Below are positions 1-8,866 of a stretch of 64,000 bases of DNA, piece after piece. A model generated the notes under the pieces. It saw only the letters and a list, made by a program, of their open reading frames with translations. It had not been told where the DNA came from and searched no databases. The stretch comes from an uncultured Rikenellaceae bacterium (GTDB lineage Bacteria; Bacteroidota; Bacteroidia; Bacteroidales; VadinHA17), in contig CAYPHL010000001.1 in NCBI GenBank assembly GCA_964410385.1, positions 5,485-69,484 on the forward strand. Direction: 5' to 3'. The position numbers were made by a program, and so were the translations under genes. Within the stretch, counting starts at the first letter, position 1, and every line of letters begins with the position of its first letter.

Positions 1-3000
1 TCCGAGATACCTTAATTTTCCTTTATTGAGGACTGCTACCTGGTTGCATGAACTTGAAATATCCTCGATTATATGTGTCGAAAAGATTATAACACGTTCA
101 CGGCTTAATTCGACCAGAAGATTCCTGAACCTGATCCTCTCACGCGGATCGAGCCCTGCCGTAGGCTCATCAACTACAAGTATCCTTGGCAGATGAAGGA
201 GGATCTGGGCAATACCCATTCTCTGTTTCATCCCGCCGGAATAGGAACTGATCTTTTCATGTCTTCGTTCCTCCATATGGACAGCTTTCAGAACGTATGT
301 TACACGTTCTTCCCTTGTGGCGGCATCTATAATATTTTTAAGCATCGCCAGATAATGAAGGTACTCATGCGCTGTCATATTTTCATAACTTCCGAATTCC
401 TGAGGAAGATATCCGATCAGACCCTGAAGTTCCTCACGTTTCTTCTGGGTATCGAGGCCATTTATCCAGACCTTGCCATAGCTTTGCTCGAGTATTCCGC
501 AGATGATCCTCATGAGTGTCGTTTTCCCTGCTCCGTTCGGTCCGAGTAAGCCGAACATACCGTTACCGATATTCAGAGAAACACAACTGAGAGCCTTGAA
601 CGGTTTCTTCTTCTTACCTATCAGAGGAACTGCAGAAACTATCTTGTATATGGTTTTTCTCAGTCCTTTAAACCGGCCCTCCAGCCTGTATATATCTATG
701 TTCTCACCGGAGAGCATCACCCCGGTCTTATATATGAATAACCCGGTAAACCACAGAAATCCAAGTATCAGTACCACGGCCAGGTTATCCCATTTTATCT
801 GGAAGAAGACCAGGTTTAGCAAGGGGATGATCCAGAAGACAAGGAAATCGATCGGGGGGATCATTTTTTTCAGTAATCCTTTTTCCCCTCTGTTAGTCAT
901 ACTTATTAGCAGTTCCCTGAAACGGCTCCAGATAGCAGATAGAAAGAACCATGAAGCAATGCTGAACCAGAAGATCCAGAATCCTTTATTCAGATAAAAA
1001 TAGGTGAAGTAAATCATAAACCCGAAAAGGGGTAGTTGCCAGCTTATCCGTGTCAGATCCTGCCAGCTGGTAATCTTCTTTTCAAGCCCGAGCCTTTCCC
1101 TTATCCGTGCACCCGCTTTCCATTCACGTGCCCACCTGTTTTCCCTTTCGTAGATCTTTACAAGACTCTGAACACGGATGTTTATTTCTTCATCGGGAGG
1201 AATGACAGTTTCCCTGGCCTTTCTCAGGCTGTTCATTATGAACCAGGCTGATGCCGGGACGATTATTACCGAGAGAATGGTTGTGATAAGCTTCCAGACA
1301 AATTTGTCAATCCTTGTATAAATAAGGAATATTAATAAAGCAAATATACCCAGCTGGAGAATTTTATTCTTCCAGTCGAGTGACCTTAACCAATCGAGGG
1401 CATTTTCAAGGCCCGAATAGAATGTAGGTATGAATACAAGGGTAAGAAGGGTGCTGAGAGTAAGGCCTCCGATTACTGTTACTGCAAATGAAGCGCCGAT
1501 AACTGATACAAATTCAGCTTTCCCCATTGCCAGCGGGATCATGGCAATTACAGTTGTCGAAGCAGTGATCAGGATCGGTCTTATCCGGGCTACTCCTGCC
1601 ATCATAAGCGCTCTTGACCTCCGGTTTCCTCTTTTGCGGAGTATATTTGTATAGTCAATAAGGATGATGCCATTATTTACCACCACACCAAGCAGAATAA
1701 GAAAGCCCATCAGGGTATTTGCGTTCAGAAGCGAATTACCGGTGAGAATGAGTGCTATAAGTGAACCCAGGGCAGCAAGGGGAATGCTGAAAAGAAGGAC
1801 AAACGGCAGTGTGAGTGATTCAAACACGGCAGCAAGTATCATAAAGATCAGAAGAAACGCGATCCCGATGAGCTTATAGAATTCCCTGAACTGATCTTCC
1901 TCATGGACCACCTCAACAGCTATGCCGGAGGGAATGGCCAGGCCTGCAATAACCGATTCGATCTCTGAACGGGCTCCATCAAGGAGATCTTTCGATGAGC
2001 TTATTTCACTTTTGAAACTGTATGTTACAGTAACCCTCTTTTCCTGGTTTTCACGATGTATATTGCCCATCCCATAAGCGAAGATGATCCCTGCAAGTTC
2101 ATCCATCTCCATAATCGCACCAGCTGAATTGCTTACTTCAAGGCGTTTCAGGTCATCGATCGATTTATCAGTGTTTTTGTCTTCCAGTGTATCGGCAGAT
2201 GCATACTTGATAATTATGTCATACCTTTCATTTCCCTGTCTGAATACTGCCCCCGATGAATACTCCCTTCCGAAGGTTGCCAGGGCGGAGGAAAGGTTAA
2301 TCAGCGAAAAATTATTTCTCGCGATATAATCCATATCGAAATGAAGCTGAACCTCAGGTTTGTTATCCTGAACATTGACACTTATATTATCTATGGATTC
2401 CAGCTCGTCGACATTCGTCCTGATGTCGTCGGCAAGGTCTTTCATCTGACCGAAATCCTGTCCTTTTATTATTATGCTTTCCGATTCTCTTCCAATGCCA
2501 AGCATCCTCATGAATCCCGAACCCGGATTTACGGTTTCCACACCATCGCCGCTGCTTGTAAATCCTCCGCTGGTTGAAATATTATCCATGCTTATCGCGG
2601 CTGAGGAAATATTCTTTGTTTTTTCAAGGATTTCATTTTTTATCTCCGGAAGGCTCTTTTTACTTTCTTTATCCCAATCTTCCTTAAGACTTATTGTTAC
2701 AGTGGCATTATCCTCACCAATACGGCTGACAATATCCTCTTTTTCAGGGACAGAAGCCAGCCTCGACTCAATTTCAGCTACCACAGCATCTGTTTTTTCA
2801 AGAGTTGACCCTGTTGGCATATTTACGCTTAACCTGAAATCAGGCGTCTCTATTTCACTGGAACTGCTGATGCTAAGTGTGAGGCTGATTAGCAGCGCCG
2901 CAAAGAAAATGACCAGGGTACCGATAATTGTTGCAGCAGGTTTTTTCATGCTGGCCTTTAGTATGAGGAAGTAGGCCTGAATGAGCCGGTCGTGGATGGA

Positions 3001-4506
3001 CAGCTTTTTAAATATCTGTGCATTCCCGATGGATCTCATTGAAAGTAAATAGTTGGTTGCCATCGGGATGAACATCAAAGCCACGGCTAATGAAACAAAT
3101 AGTGTGGAAATAATTGACACTCCGATATTTTTCCCTATTATTCTTATAAGGTAACCTGATGTGAAAATGAAGGGCATGAAAACTATAACAGTCGTCAGGG
3201 TAGATGCAACAATAGCTCTTATAACCTCTGTTGTCCCCTGTTTTACAGAAGTTTCGGTATCTTTACCCGATCCTGCGAGCCTGTAAATATTTTCAAGGAC
3301 AACAACGGAATTGTCGACCAGCATTCCGACAGCCAGTGCTATCCCGACTAGGGTCAGGCTGTTGATTGAAATACCGGTGGCATAAAAGAAGTTAAAGGCT
3401 GTATAGACTGAGACAGGTATTGAAACAGCAATTATTGAAACAAGCCTGAAATTCCTGAGGAAGAACCATAATATAAGGATTGCCAGAAATCCTCCTGTAA
3501 TGGCAAGATTGATTATCTGGTTTATATTTTCTTCCATTGTTTCCGCCCCATTATACTGGACAACTATCTCAACACCCTGAGGAGTCATCTCCCTGTTTAT
3601 TTTATTTATTTCAGAGAGGGCACTATTTGATAGTTTTATAAGGTTAGCCTGGTTGTCATTTACAAGGTTTATTGTAACAGCATCCATTCCGTTAACCCTG
3701 CTGAAAGAAGTCTCTTCCCTGACGCCATAAAATATTTCGGCAATATCTCTCAGGAGTACCGGTCCTTCCTGTCTTACAATTATCCTGCCTATATCCCCGA
3801 CATCTGTATATTCGGATGTAATGTTCACAAAGAACTCGTTGCTCCCGTCTACAACTTTCCCTGCGAAAGTCTTTTCCTTCCCGTTATTATTCAACAGAGT
3901 TCTTACCTGACCCATTGTGATACCGTTTGCCTTGCAGGCACGTTCATCAAGCCTTACCTCAATTGAGTTTTCCTGACCGCCATATACCTGGACACCGGCA
4001 ATACCGTCGATGTTTTCAAGCTTCGGTTTTATTTCCCTGTCGGCAATGTTCCTGATCCTGTCAACACCTCCTTCACCCCTTATCTGAAGTGACATGAACT
4101 GATTTATCATCTGGTCGAGATCGATCCTTATCACACTGATCAGGAAATCTTCGGGGATTGAATTCTTTACCACGTCAATCTTCTCCTGGAGCTTGAGGCT
4201 GGCATACTTCAGATCGGCCTTCTGCGCATAATAAATTGTTATTACACCGAAATTTGATGTGATGTTTGTTTCGATCTTTTCAATATCGTCAAGAGTCCCG
4301 ATAGCCCCTTCAAGGGGGATTACCGCCTGGGTCTCTATATAAGCCGGGTCCATTTCAAGTGGAGTTCCTACTCTTACAATAAGTGTCGGCAGCTCGGGAT
4401 TAGGGATTAATTCGACAGGTAGTTTCTTATAAGAGACATAACCGAGCATTGTGAGCCCGGCGAACAGCATAATTATCAGGATCCTTCTTTTTAGAATAAA
4501 GTCCAT
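1..4506 (-). CDS. RND (AcrB/HAE1-type) efflux permease fused in frame to an extra 6-TM block and an ABC-transporter ATPase domain; C-terminus lies beyond the window (>=1502 codons)
   Basis: ATG at 4506..4504, 17 nt after the stop of the upstream RND gene. Hand translation of the minus strand (codon first bases at positions divisible by 3); triplets 1-1680 checked one by one with no stop, the rest read through once with none seen. Missing from the ORF track only because no stop lies in the window. The first ~1035 aa are RND-like (MDFILKRRILIIMLFAGLTMLGYVSYKKLPVELIPN..., ...VVNNGIILIDYTNILRKRGNRRSRALMMAGVARIRPILITASTTVIAMIPLAMG...). Hydrophobic helices follow at ~1390-710. Then Walker A GPNGAGKT (543..520), signature SGGMKQR (240..220), Walker B ILVVDEP (183..163) and H-loop STH (81..73). 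Confidence 0.8.
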   Translation of the reverse strand, partial: MDFILKRRILIIMLFAGLTMLGYVSYKKLPVELIPNPELPTLIVRVGTPLEMDPAYIETQAVIPLEGAIGTLDDIEKIETNITSNFGVITIYYAQKADLKYASLKLQEKIDVVKNSIPEDFLISVIRIDLDQMINQFMSLQIRGEGGVDRIRNIADREIKPKLENIDGIAGVQVYGGQENSIEVRLDERACKANGITMGQVRTLLNNNGKEKTFAGKVVDGSNEFFVNITSEYTDVGDIGRIIVRQEGPVLLRDIAEIFYGVREETSFSRVNGMDAVTINLVNDNQANLIKLSNSALSEINKINREMTPQGVEIVVQYNGAETMEENINQIINLAITGGFLAILILWFFLRNFRLVSIIAVSIPVSVYTAFNFFYATGISINSLTLVGIALAVGMLVDNSVVVLENIYRLAGSGKDTETSVKQGTTEVIRAIVASTLTTVIVFMPFIFTSGYLIRIIGKNIGVSIISTLFVSLAVALMFIPMATNYLLSMRSIGNAQIFKKLSIHDRLIQAYFLILKASMKKPAATIIGTLVIFFAALLISLTLSISSSSEIETPDFRLSVNMPTGSTLEKTDAVVAEIESRLASVPEKEDIVSRIGEDNATVTISLKEDWDKESKKSLPEIKNEILEKTKNISSAAISMDNISTSGGFTSSGDGVETVNPGSGFMRMLGIGRESESIIIKGQDFGQMKDLADDIRTNVDELESIDNISVNVQDNKPEVQLHFDMDYIARNNFSLINLSSALATFGREYSSGAVFRQGNERYDIIIKYASADTLEDKNTDKSIDDLKRLEVSNSAGAIMEMDELAGIIFAYGMGNIHRENQEKRVTVTYSFKSEISSSKDLLDGARSEIESVIAGLAIPSGIAVEVVHEEDQFREFYKLIGIAFLLIFMILAAVFESLTLPFVLLFSIPLAALGSLIALILTGNSLLNANTLMGFLILLGVVVNNGIILIDYTNILRKRGNRRSRALMMAGVARIRPILITASTTVIAMIPLAMGKAEFVSVIGASFAVTVIGGLTLSTLLTLVFIPTFYSGLENALDWLRSLDWKNKILQLGIFALLIFLIYTRIDKFVWKLITTILSVIIVPASAWFIMNSLRKARETVIPPDEEINIRVQSLVKIYERENRWAREWKAGARIRERLGLEKKITSWQDLTRISWQLPLFGFMIYFTYFYLNKGFWIFWFSIASWFFLSAIWSRFRELLISMTNRGEKGLLKKMIPPIDFLVFWIIPLLNLVFFQIKWDNLAVVLILGFLWFTGLFIYKTGVMLSGENIDIYRLEGRFKGLRKTIYKIVSAVPLIGKKKKPFKALSCVSLNIGNGMFGLLGPNGAGKTTLMRIICGILEQSYGKVWINGLDTQKKREELQGLIGYLPQEFGSYENMTAHEYLHYLAMLKNIIDAATREERVTYVLKAVHMEERRHEKISSYSGGMKQRMGIAQILLHLPRILVVDEPTAGLDPRERIRFRNLLVELSRERVIIFSTHIIEDISSSCNQVAVLNKGKLRYLG

Positions 4507-4523
4507 TTTCTGTCTTATAAGAA

Positions 4524-7500
4524 TTACCCGGGAATGGTCAGAGATTTACTTTTCCCCGTAATATAATTGCTGAAATTAGCGAAGATCCAGTATACACAAG
4601 GTATCACAACCATGGTAAGCAGTGTTGATGATACCAGTCCACCTATTACTGCAAGCGCCATGGGGGCTCTGAGAGAAGCGCTTTCACCAATGCCTATTGT
4701 CAGAGGCAGAAGTGCGAGGATCGTGGTAAGACTTGTCATTAGTATAGGACGAATCCTCTGTGATCCTCCGAGAACTACAGCTTCCCTAATATCCATTCCT
4801 TCCGCCCTCAGCTGGTTGATGCGGTCAATAAGTATAATAGCATTATTGACTGCAATCCCTCCAAGCATGATTATTCCGATATATGCCATCATGTTGAGTG
4901 ATTGGCCAAGAATTATAAAAGTGAGAACCGTTCCGACACCGGCAAGAGGGATCGTAAGCATTATTATGAAAGGTTGAATTAATGATTCAAACTGTGCGGC
5001 AAGTACCATGAATACCAGAACAAGTGAGAGCGTAAGGGCAAAGGTGAGGTTGGACATGGAATCGCGTCGTTTCAGTTCTTCTCCTGTATACTCCATTTTG
5101 TAATCCACCGGAAGTGCTATCTTCTTCAGAGAGGCATCGGAGTACTTTATTACCTTGTCAAAGGCCAGGGCGGGACTGACCATTGCGTAGATATAACAGG
5201 TTCTTGACTGATTCCTGCGGGTAATCTCCCGTGGACTGACAACAGTCTTTATTTCAGCCAGTTCGCTTAAAGGGACCTTTACATTGCCCGCAGTTATCAT
5301 CAGGTCGTGAAGTTGATTGATTGAAACATCTCCCAGTTTAATTGTAATGTCCTTAAGCTCTCCATCCTTTTCGAAATTTCCCGCTGATGATCCTTCAAGA
5401 TAGCTTTTTACCTGGTTAATAACACTTTCTACCGAAACATTGTATAAGCTTGTCTTAAAGCGGTCGACTGCAACTTCTACTTCCGGTGTCCCTTCATCGA
5501 TTGATGTTGATAAATTATATAAGCCGGGATTTTTCTCCAGGATCAGTCTGGCTTCATTGATTATTCTTTCAAGTTCTTCATAATCTTCACCGGAGATTTC
5601 AAGTGCAAAAGGCGATTCTGAGGTTCCCAGGACACTCTGAAGCGCTGTCTCATCTCTTGTGAATGACACTTCCAGTCCGGGGACTGATTTCAGGTATGTA
5701 TCAACCAGTGTGATTGCACTTTCTGTTTCCCGGGCATATTCTTCCTTTAAGATAACTTTCAGGGATGCACTGTTCTCACCCCTGACCGTCGTTGTCTGGT
5801 TTAGGGCGGAAGACTTGTCTTCCCCTGCCTGAGTGTAAATCAGTTCAATCTTATCTCCAAGAAGCCCTCTTATAATTCCTTCAGCAGCTGATGCAGTTGT
5901 ATAAGTTCTGTCAAGACTTGTTCCTTCAGGCAGAGAAAGGCCCACGGTGAACTGGGCCGACTCTGCCCTTGGCATGAATTCGCTTCCCAGCCGGGGGATC
6001 AGCAAAGCAGTTCCGGCCATCAGCAATACAGACAGTATGACTACCAGATAACGTTTTTCGATTATTCTCCTGAGAACATTTGTGTACCATGTGAACTTCA
6101 GAGGCGCACTGATCCTTCTTTCCCTGGTTTTTTTCGAAAAGAAAGTTGATACAAGCATCGGTATCACCAGCATAGCAACGAAAAGGGATGATATAAGTGC
6201 GAAAGCCACTGTCCACGCCTGGTCCCTGAACATTTCTCCTGATGCACCATGAAGGTAAACAATAGGCAGAAAGACAACTATTGTCGTAATAGTTGAGGCT
6301 GTAATCGCTCCCCCTACCTGCCCGGTCCCGGTTATAACAGCTTCTTTCAGGGGCATCCCGTCTTCATGGTTCCTGGTTATGTTCTCAAGAACAACAATGG
6401 CATTGTCGACAAGCATACCGGCTCCCAGAGCAAGACCTCCCAGCGTCATAATGTTAAGTGAAAGATCTCCGAAATACATCAGATTAAATGTAGCAATTAC
6501 CGAAACCGGTATTGCCACACTTATTACAAGTGTTGTTCCTATCCTGCGGAGGAAAATATAAAGCACCAGCACAGCAAGAAAGATCCCCAGGAGAAGGGTG
6601 TTCTTTACTTCTCCAATTGAGTTATTAATAAAAGTACCCTGATCGGCAACCTTAATGAATTCATAACCTGGTAATGCCCTTCCAAGAGCATCAATTGCCT
6701 CATCAAGGCTCTTAACGGCATCTACAGTATTGTATTTCGGTTCCTTGTAAACAGACAGACCGATACACCTTTCGCCGTTTATTGTTACAATGTTCTCGGC
6801 ATCCTTATTTGCAAATCCAACTTTCGCTATATCCCTTAAATAAACAGGTACACGGGTTGAGGCTGAGGTTGAGGTTGAGGCTGAGGCTGAGGTTGAGGCG
6901 GATTGTCTGAAGCCTACAATAATGTTTTCAAGATCCCTCAGGTCTTCAAGTACACTTACACCCTTGACAACGTACTTGGTCCCCATTTCAACTATGGAAC
7001 CGCCCGACACATTTCTGTTATAATTACTTATCTGTGCGGCAATACCGTCAGGGGTAAGCCCGAATGATTCCAGAAGGTAATCGCTCGTCTCAATAACTAC
7101 TTCACTTTCTTCTTTTCCTGTGATCCTCACGTCAGCTACTCCCTCTATCCTTATAATCTCATTACGGATATAATTTTCAGCAACTTTCCTCAGTTCATCC
7201 ATATCAGAAATCTGGTCGTTCTTTAATCCGACGATCATCACAGGGGATGCATTCGGATCATACTGTGAAATTGTAAAATCTTCGAGGTCTGAATTCTGGC
7301 TGAATGAGTTAAGTTCTTTCTGAAGATCGAGGAAAGCTTCGTCCATATCCTTGTTCCAGTTATATTCAACAGTTATTGTTGCGGAACCGGCCTTTGACAC
7401 TGAGGAGACCTGAATCACATCACTCTGCCTCATTGCAAGTGATTCTATCTGATCGACATAGTTTTTTTCTATTTCTTCAGGAGGTTTTTCACCGGATGAA

Positions 7501-7649
7501 AGCTCGATATATATTTTCGGATTATTCAGATCGGGAAAAAGATCTGTTCCCAGTTTACCAAATGAGATAAATCCGAGAAGAACGATCCCCAGGACCAGCA
7601 TTAGTACTGTAACAGGGTATTTTACGGCAAATCTTGCAATAGCATTCAT
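4524..7649 (-). CDS. RND efflux transporter permease (AcrB/HAE1 family), 1041 aa
   Basis: ORF-track protein has an RND layout and motifs (LALGAGMLVDNAIVVLENI, GIIMLGGIAVNNAIILIDRINQLR, QRIRPILMTSLTTILALLPL). Starts 5 nt after the adaptor gene. Confidence 0.95.
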   Translation of the reverse strand: MNAIARFAVKYPVTVLMLVLGIVLLGFISFGKLGTDLFPDLNNPKIYIELSSGEKPPEEIEKNYVDQIESLAMRQSDVIQVSSVSKAGSATITVEYNWNKDMDEAFLDLQKELNSFSQNSDLEDFTISQYDPNASPVMIVGLKNDQISDMDELRKVAENYIRNEIIRIEGVADVRITGKEESEVVIETSDYLLESFGLTPDGIAAQISNYNRNVSGGSIVEMGTKYVVKGVSVLEDLRDLENIIVGFRQSASTSASASTSTSASTRVPVYLRDIAKVGFANKDAENIVTINGERCIGLSVYKEPKYNTVDAVKSLDEAIDALGRALPGYEFIKVADQGTFINNSIGEVKNTLLLGIFLAVLVLYIFLRRIGTTLVISVAIPVSVIATFNLMYFGDLSLNIMTLGGLALGAGMLVDNAIVVLENITRNHEDGMPLKEAVITGTGQVGGAITASTITTIVVFLPIVYLHGASGEMFRDQAWTVAFALISSLFVAMLVIPMLVSTFFSKKTRERRISAPLKFTWYTNVLRRIIEKRYLVVILSVLLMAGTALLIPRLGSEFMPRAESAQFTVGLSLPEGTSLDRTYTTASAAEGIIRGLLGDKIELIYTQAGEDKSSALNQTTTVRGENSASLKVILKEEYARETESAITLVDTYLKSVPGLEVSFTRDETALQSVLGTSESPFALEISGEDYEELERIINEARLILEKNPGLYNLSTSIDEGTPEVEVAVDRFKTSLYNVSVESVINQVKSYLEGSSAGNFEKDGELKDITIKLGDVSINQLHDLMITAGNVKVPLSELAEIKTVVSPREITRRNQSRTCYIYAMVSPALAFDKVIKYSDASLKKIALPVDYKMEYTGEELKRRDSMSNLTFALTLSLVLVFMVLAAQFESLIQPFIIMLTIPLAGVGTVLTFIILGQSLNMMAYIGIIMLGGIAVNNAIILIDRINQLRAEGMDIREAVVLGGSQRIRPILMTSLTTILALLPLTIGIGESASLRAPMALAVIGGLVSSTLLTMVVIPCVYWIFANFSNYITGKSKSLTIPG
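6857..6898. repeat. In-frame hexanucleotide microsatellite (YTGAGG x7) inside the RND gene
   Basis: ttgagg ctgagg ttgagg ttgagg ctgagg ctgagg ttgagg. On the coding strand this encodes ASTSASASTSTSAST. Confidence 0.9.
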
Positions 7650-7654
7650 GGAGG

Positions 7655-8704
7655 CTAAATAATGATTTTAACCTTTGATCTGTTGCTCAGGGTTTCAAAG
7701 CCTCCGGTAACTACCCGTTCGTTCTTTTCCAGCCCTCTGATGATCTCCACATCAGTCAGGTTTTCAAGTCCTGTTTCAACTATCCTTTCTACAGCAATAC
7801 CACGGTCAATGACAAATACCGTTTTTCCTCTCTGTCTTGACAGGATTATGTTTTTCGGGATCACAATAACGGAATCCTTTCTCCGGGTAACAATATCTGC
7901 TTTGACAAACATCCCCGGGCGGAGCAGGAAACCGGCATTATCTATATTAATTGTTCCCTTGAAAGTACGTGTATCTGCATCTATTGCCGGAGATAGCTGT
8001 GTGATCGCACCTGCTATGGTATCTCCCTGAATTGTATAATTAGTAAGCCTGACCTCCTGTCCGGGTTTTATTACAGATATATATTTTTCGGGAAGCCTGA
8101 CATCCATATACATCGTTCTGTAATCCATAATTTTAGCTATAGTTACACCGGAAGCTATTTCGGTCCCCTGTGTATAGTAAGGCAGATCCACAATAACACC
8201 TTCGATGGGAGAGATCACCCTTGTTTTCTGGAGCTTGAGCTTTGAGTTAATAACTGTTGTTTTGGCATTCTCGTAATTGATACCTGCAGTTTTAAGTTCT
8301 TTCAGGGTCACACCTCCTTTTTCATAAAGGGATTCCTGTTTTCTGAGCTCGGTTTCCATAAGTTCCAGGTTCAGCTGATTTGTTTCCATCTGGACTGAGT
8401 TTACATACTCCTCATCCTCCAGCCTTGCAATAATGGCCCCGGTCCTGACCCTGTCGCCAAGCTGCCATAACCTGCCGGTCTGCGGATTCTTCTCAAGAAA
8501 ATATGCTGCGGGGATTTTCGATTTCAGCTCAATCTCCCCTTTCGGGAAAGATGTCCCTGTTGTATTGACATATTCTTCAATCGATCTCAGGCTCAGTTCC
8601 TGAACGCTGACGGGTATCTCGATATCGGCCGTAAGGTTCTGATCACGGTTCCTGCATGCAGTGAATGTTGTAATAATGATTAATAGGGTTATGATCTTTT
8701 TCAT
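7655..8704 (-). CDS. Efflux transporter periplasmic adaptor subunit (HlyD/AcrA MFP family), lipoprotein
   Basis: Lipoprotein signal MKKIITLLIIITTFTAC, a central coiled-coil hairpin (NQLNLELMETELRKQESLYEKGG...) and a beta-barrel C-terminal part. Sits directly upstream of the RND genes. Confidence 0.9.
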   Translation of the reverse strand: MKKIITLLIIITTFTACRNRDQNLTADIEIPVSVQELSLRSIEEYVNTTGTSFPKGEIELKSKIPAAYFLEKNPQTGRLWQLGDRVRTGAIIARLEDEEYVNSVQMETNQLNLELMETELRKQESLYEKGGVTLKELKTAGINYENAKTTVINSKLKLQKTRVISPIEGVIVDLPYYTQGTEIASGVTIAKIMDYRTMYMDVRLPEKYISVIKPGQEVRLTNYTIQGDTIAGAITQLSPAIDADTRTFKGTINIDNAGFLLRPGMFVKADIVTRRKDSVIVIPKNIILSRQRGKTVFVIDRGIAVERIVETGLENLTDVEIIRGLEKNERVVTGGFETLSNRSKVKIII

Positions 8705-8754
8705 TGTTAAAAAATTATAGGGAAAAGATTGACTTTATAATTATTTTGTTATAA

Positions 8755-8830
8755 CCCCCTTCCCGACCTTCCTCCACGGGGGGAAGGAGAGGACGAGGCC
8801 TTTCCCCCCTGGGGGAAATGAGAAAGGGGG
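8755..8830. other. GC-rich structured intercistronic element (outer stem plus two inner hairpins) between the OMF and adaptor genes
   Basis: Hairpin 8767-8787 (CCTTCCTCC-acg-GGGGGAAGG), hairpin 8801-8818 (TTTCCCCC/GGGGGAAA), and outer pairing 8755-8761 with 8824-8830 (CCCCCTT/AAGGGGG). Confidence 0.6.
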
Positions 8831-8866
8831 TAAGAAAATATAAATATAGGCACTCCATGGTTACTG

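Noticed and set aside
193-2974. Plus-strand ORFs in the track (193-549, 503-997, 1036-1251, 1430-1654, 1664-1879, 2084-2329, 2341-2577, 2474-2974)
   Set aside because: These are low-complexity, Ser/Pro/Ile-rich shadow ORFs antisense to the long minus-strand RND::ABC reading frame. None has recognisable motifs, and the minus strand carries clear RND and ABC motifs.
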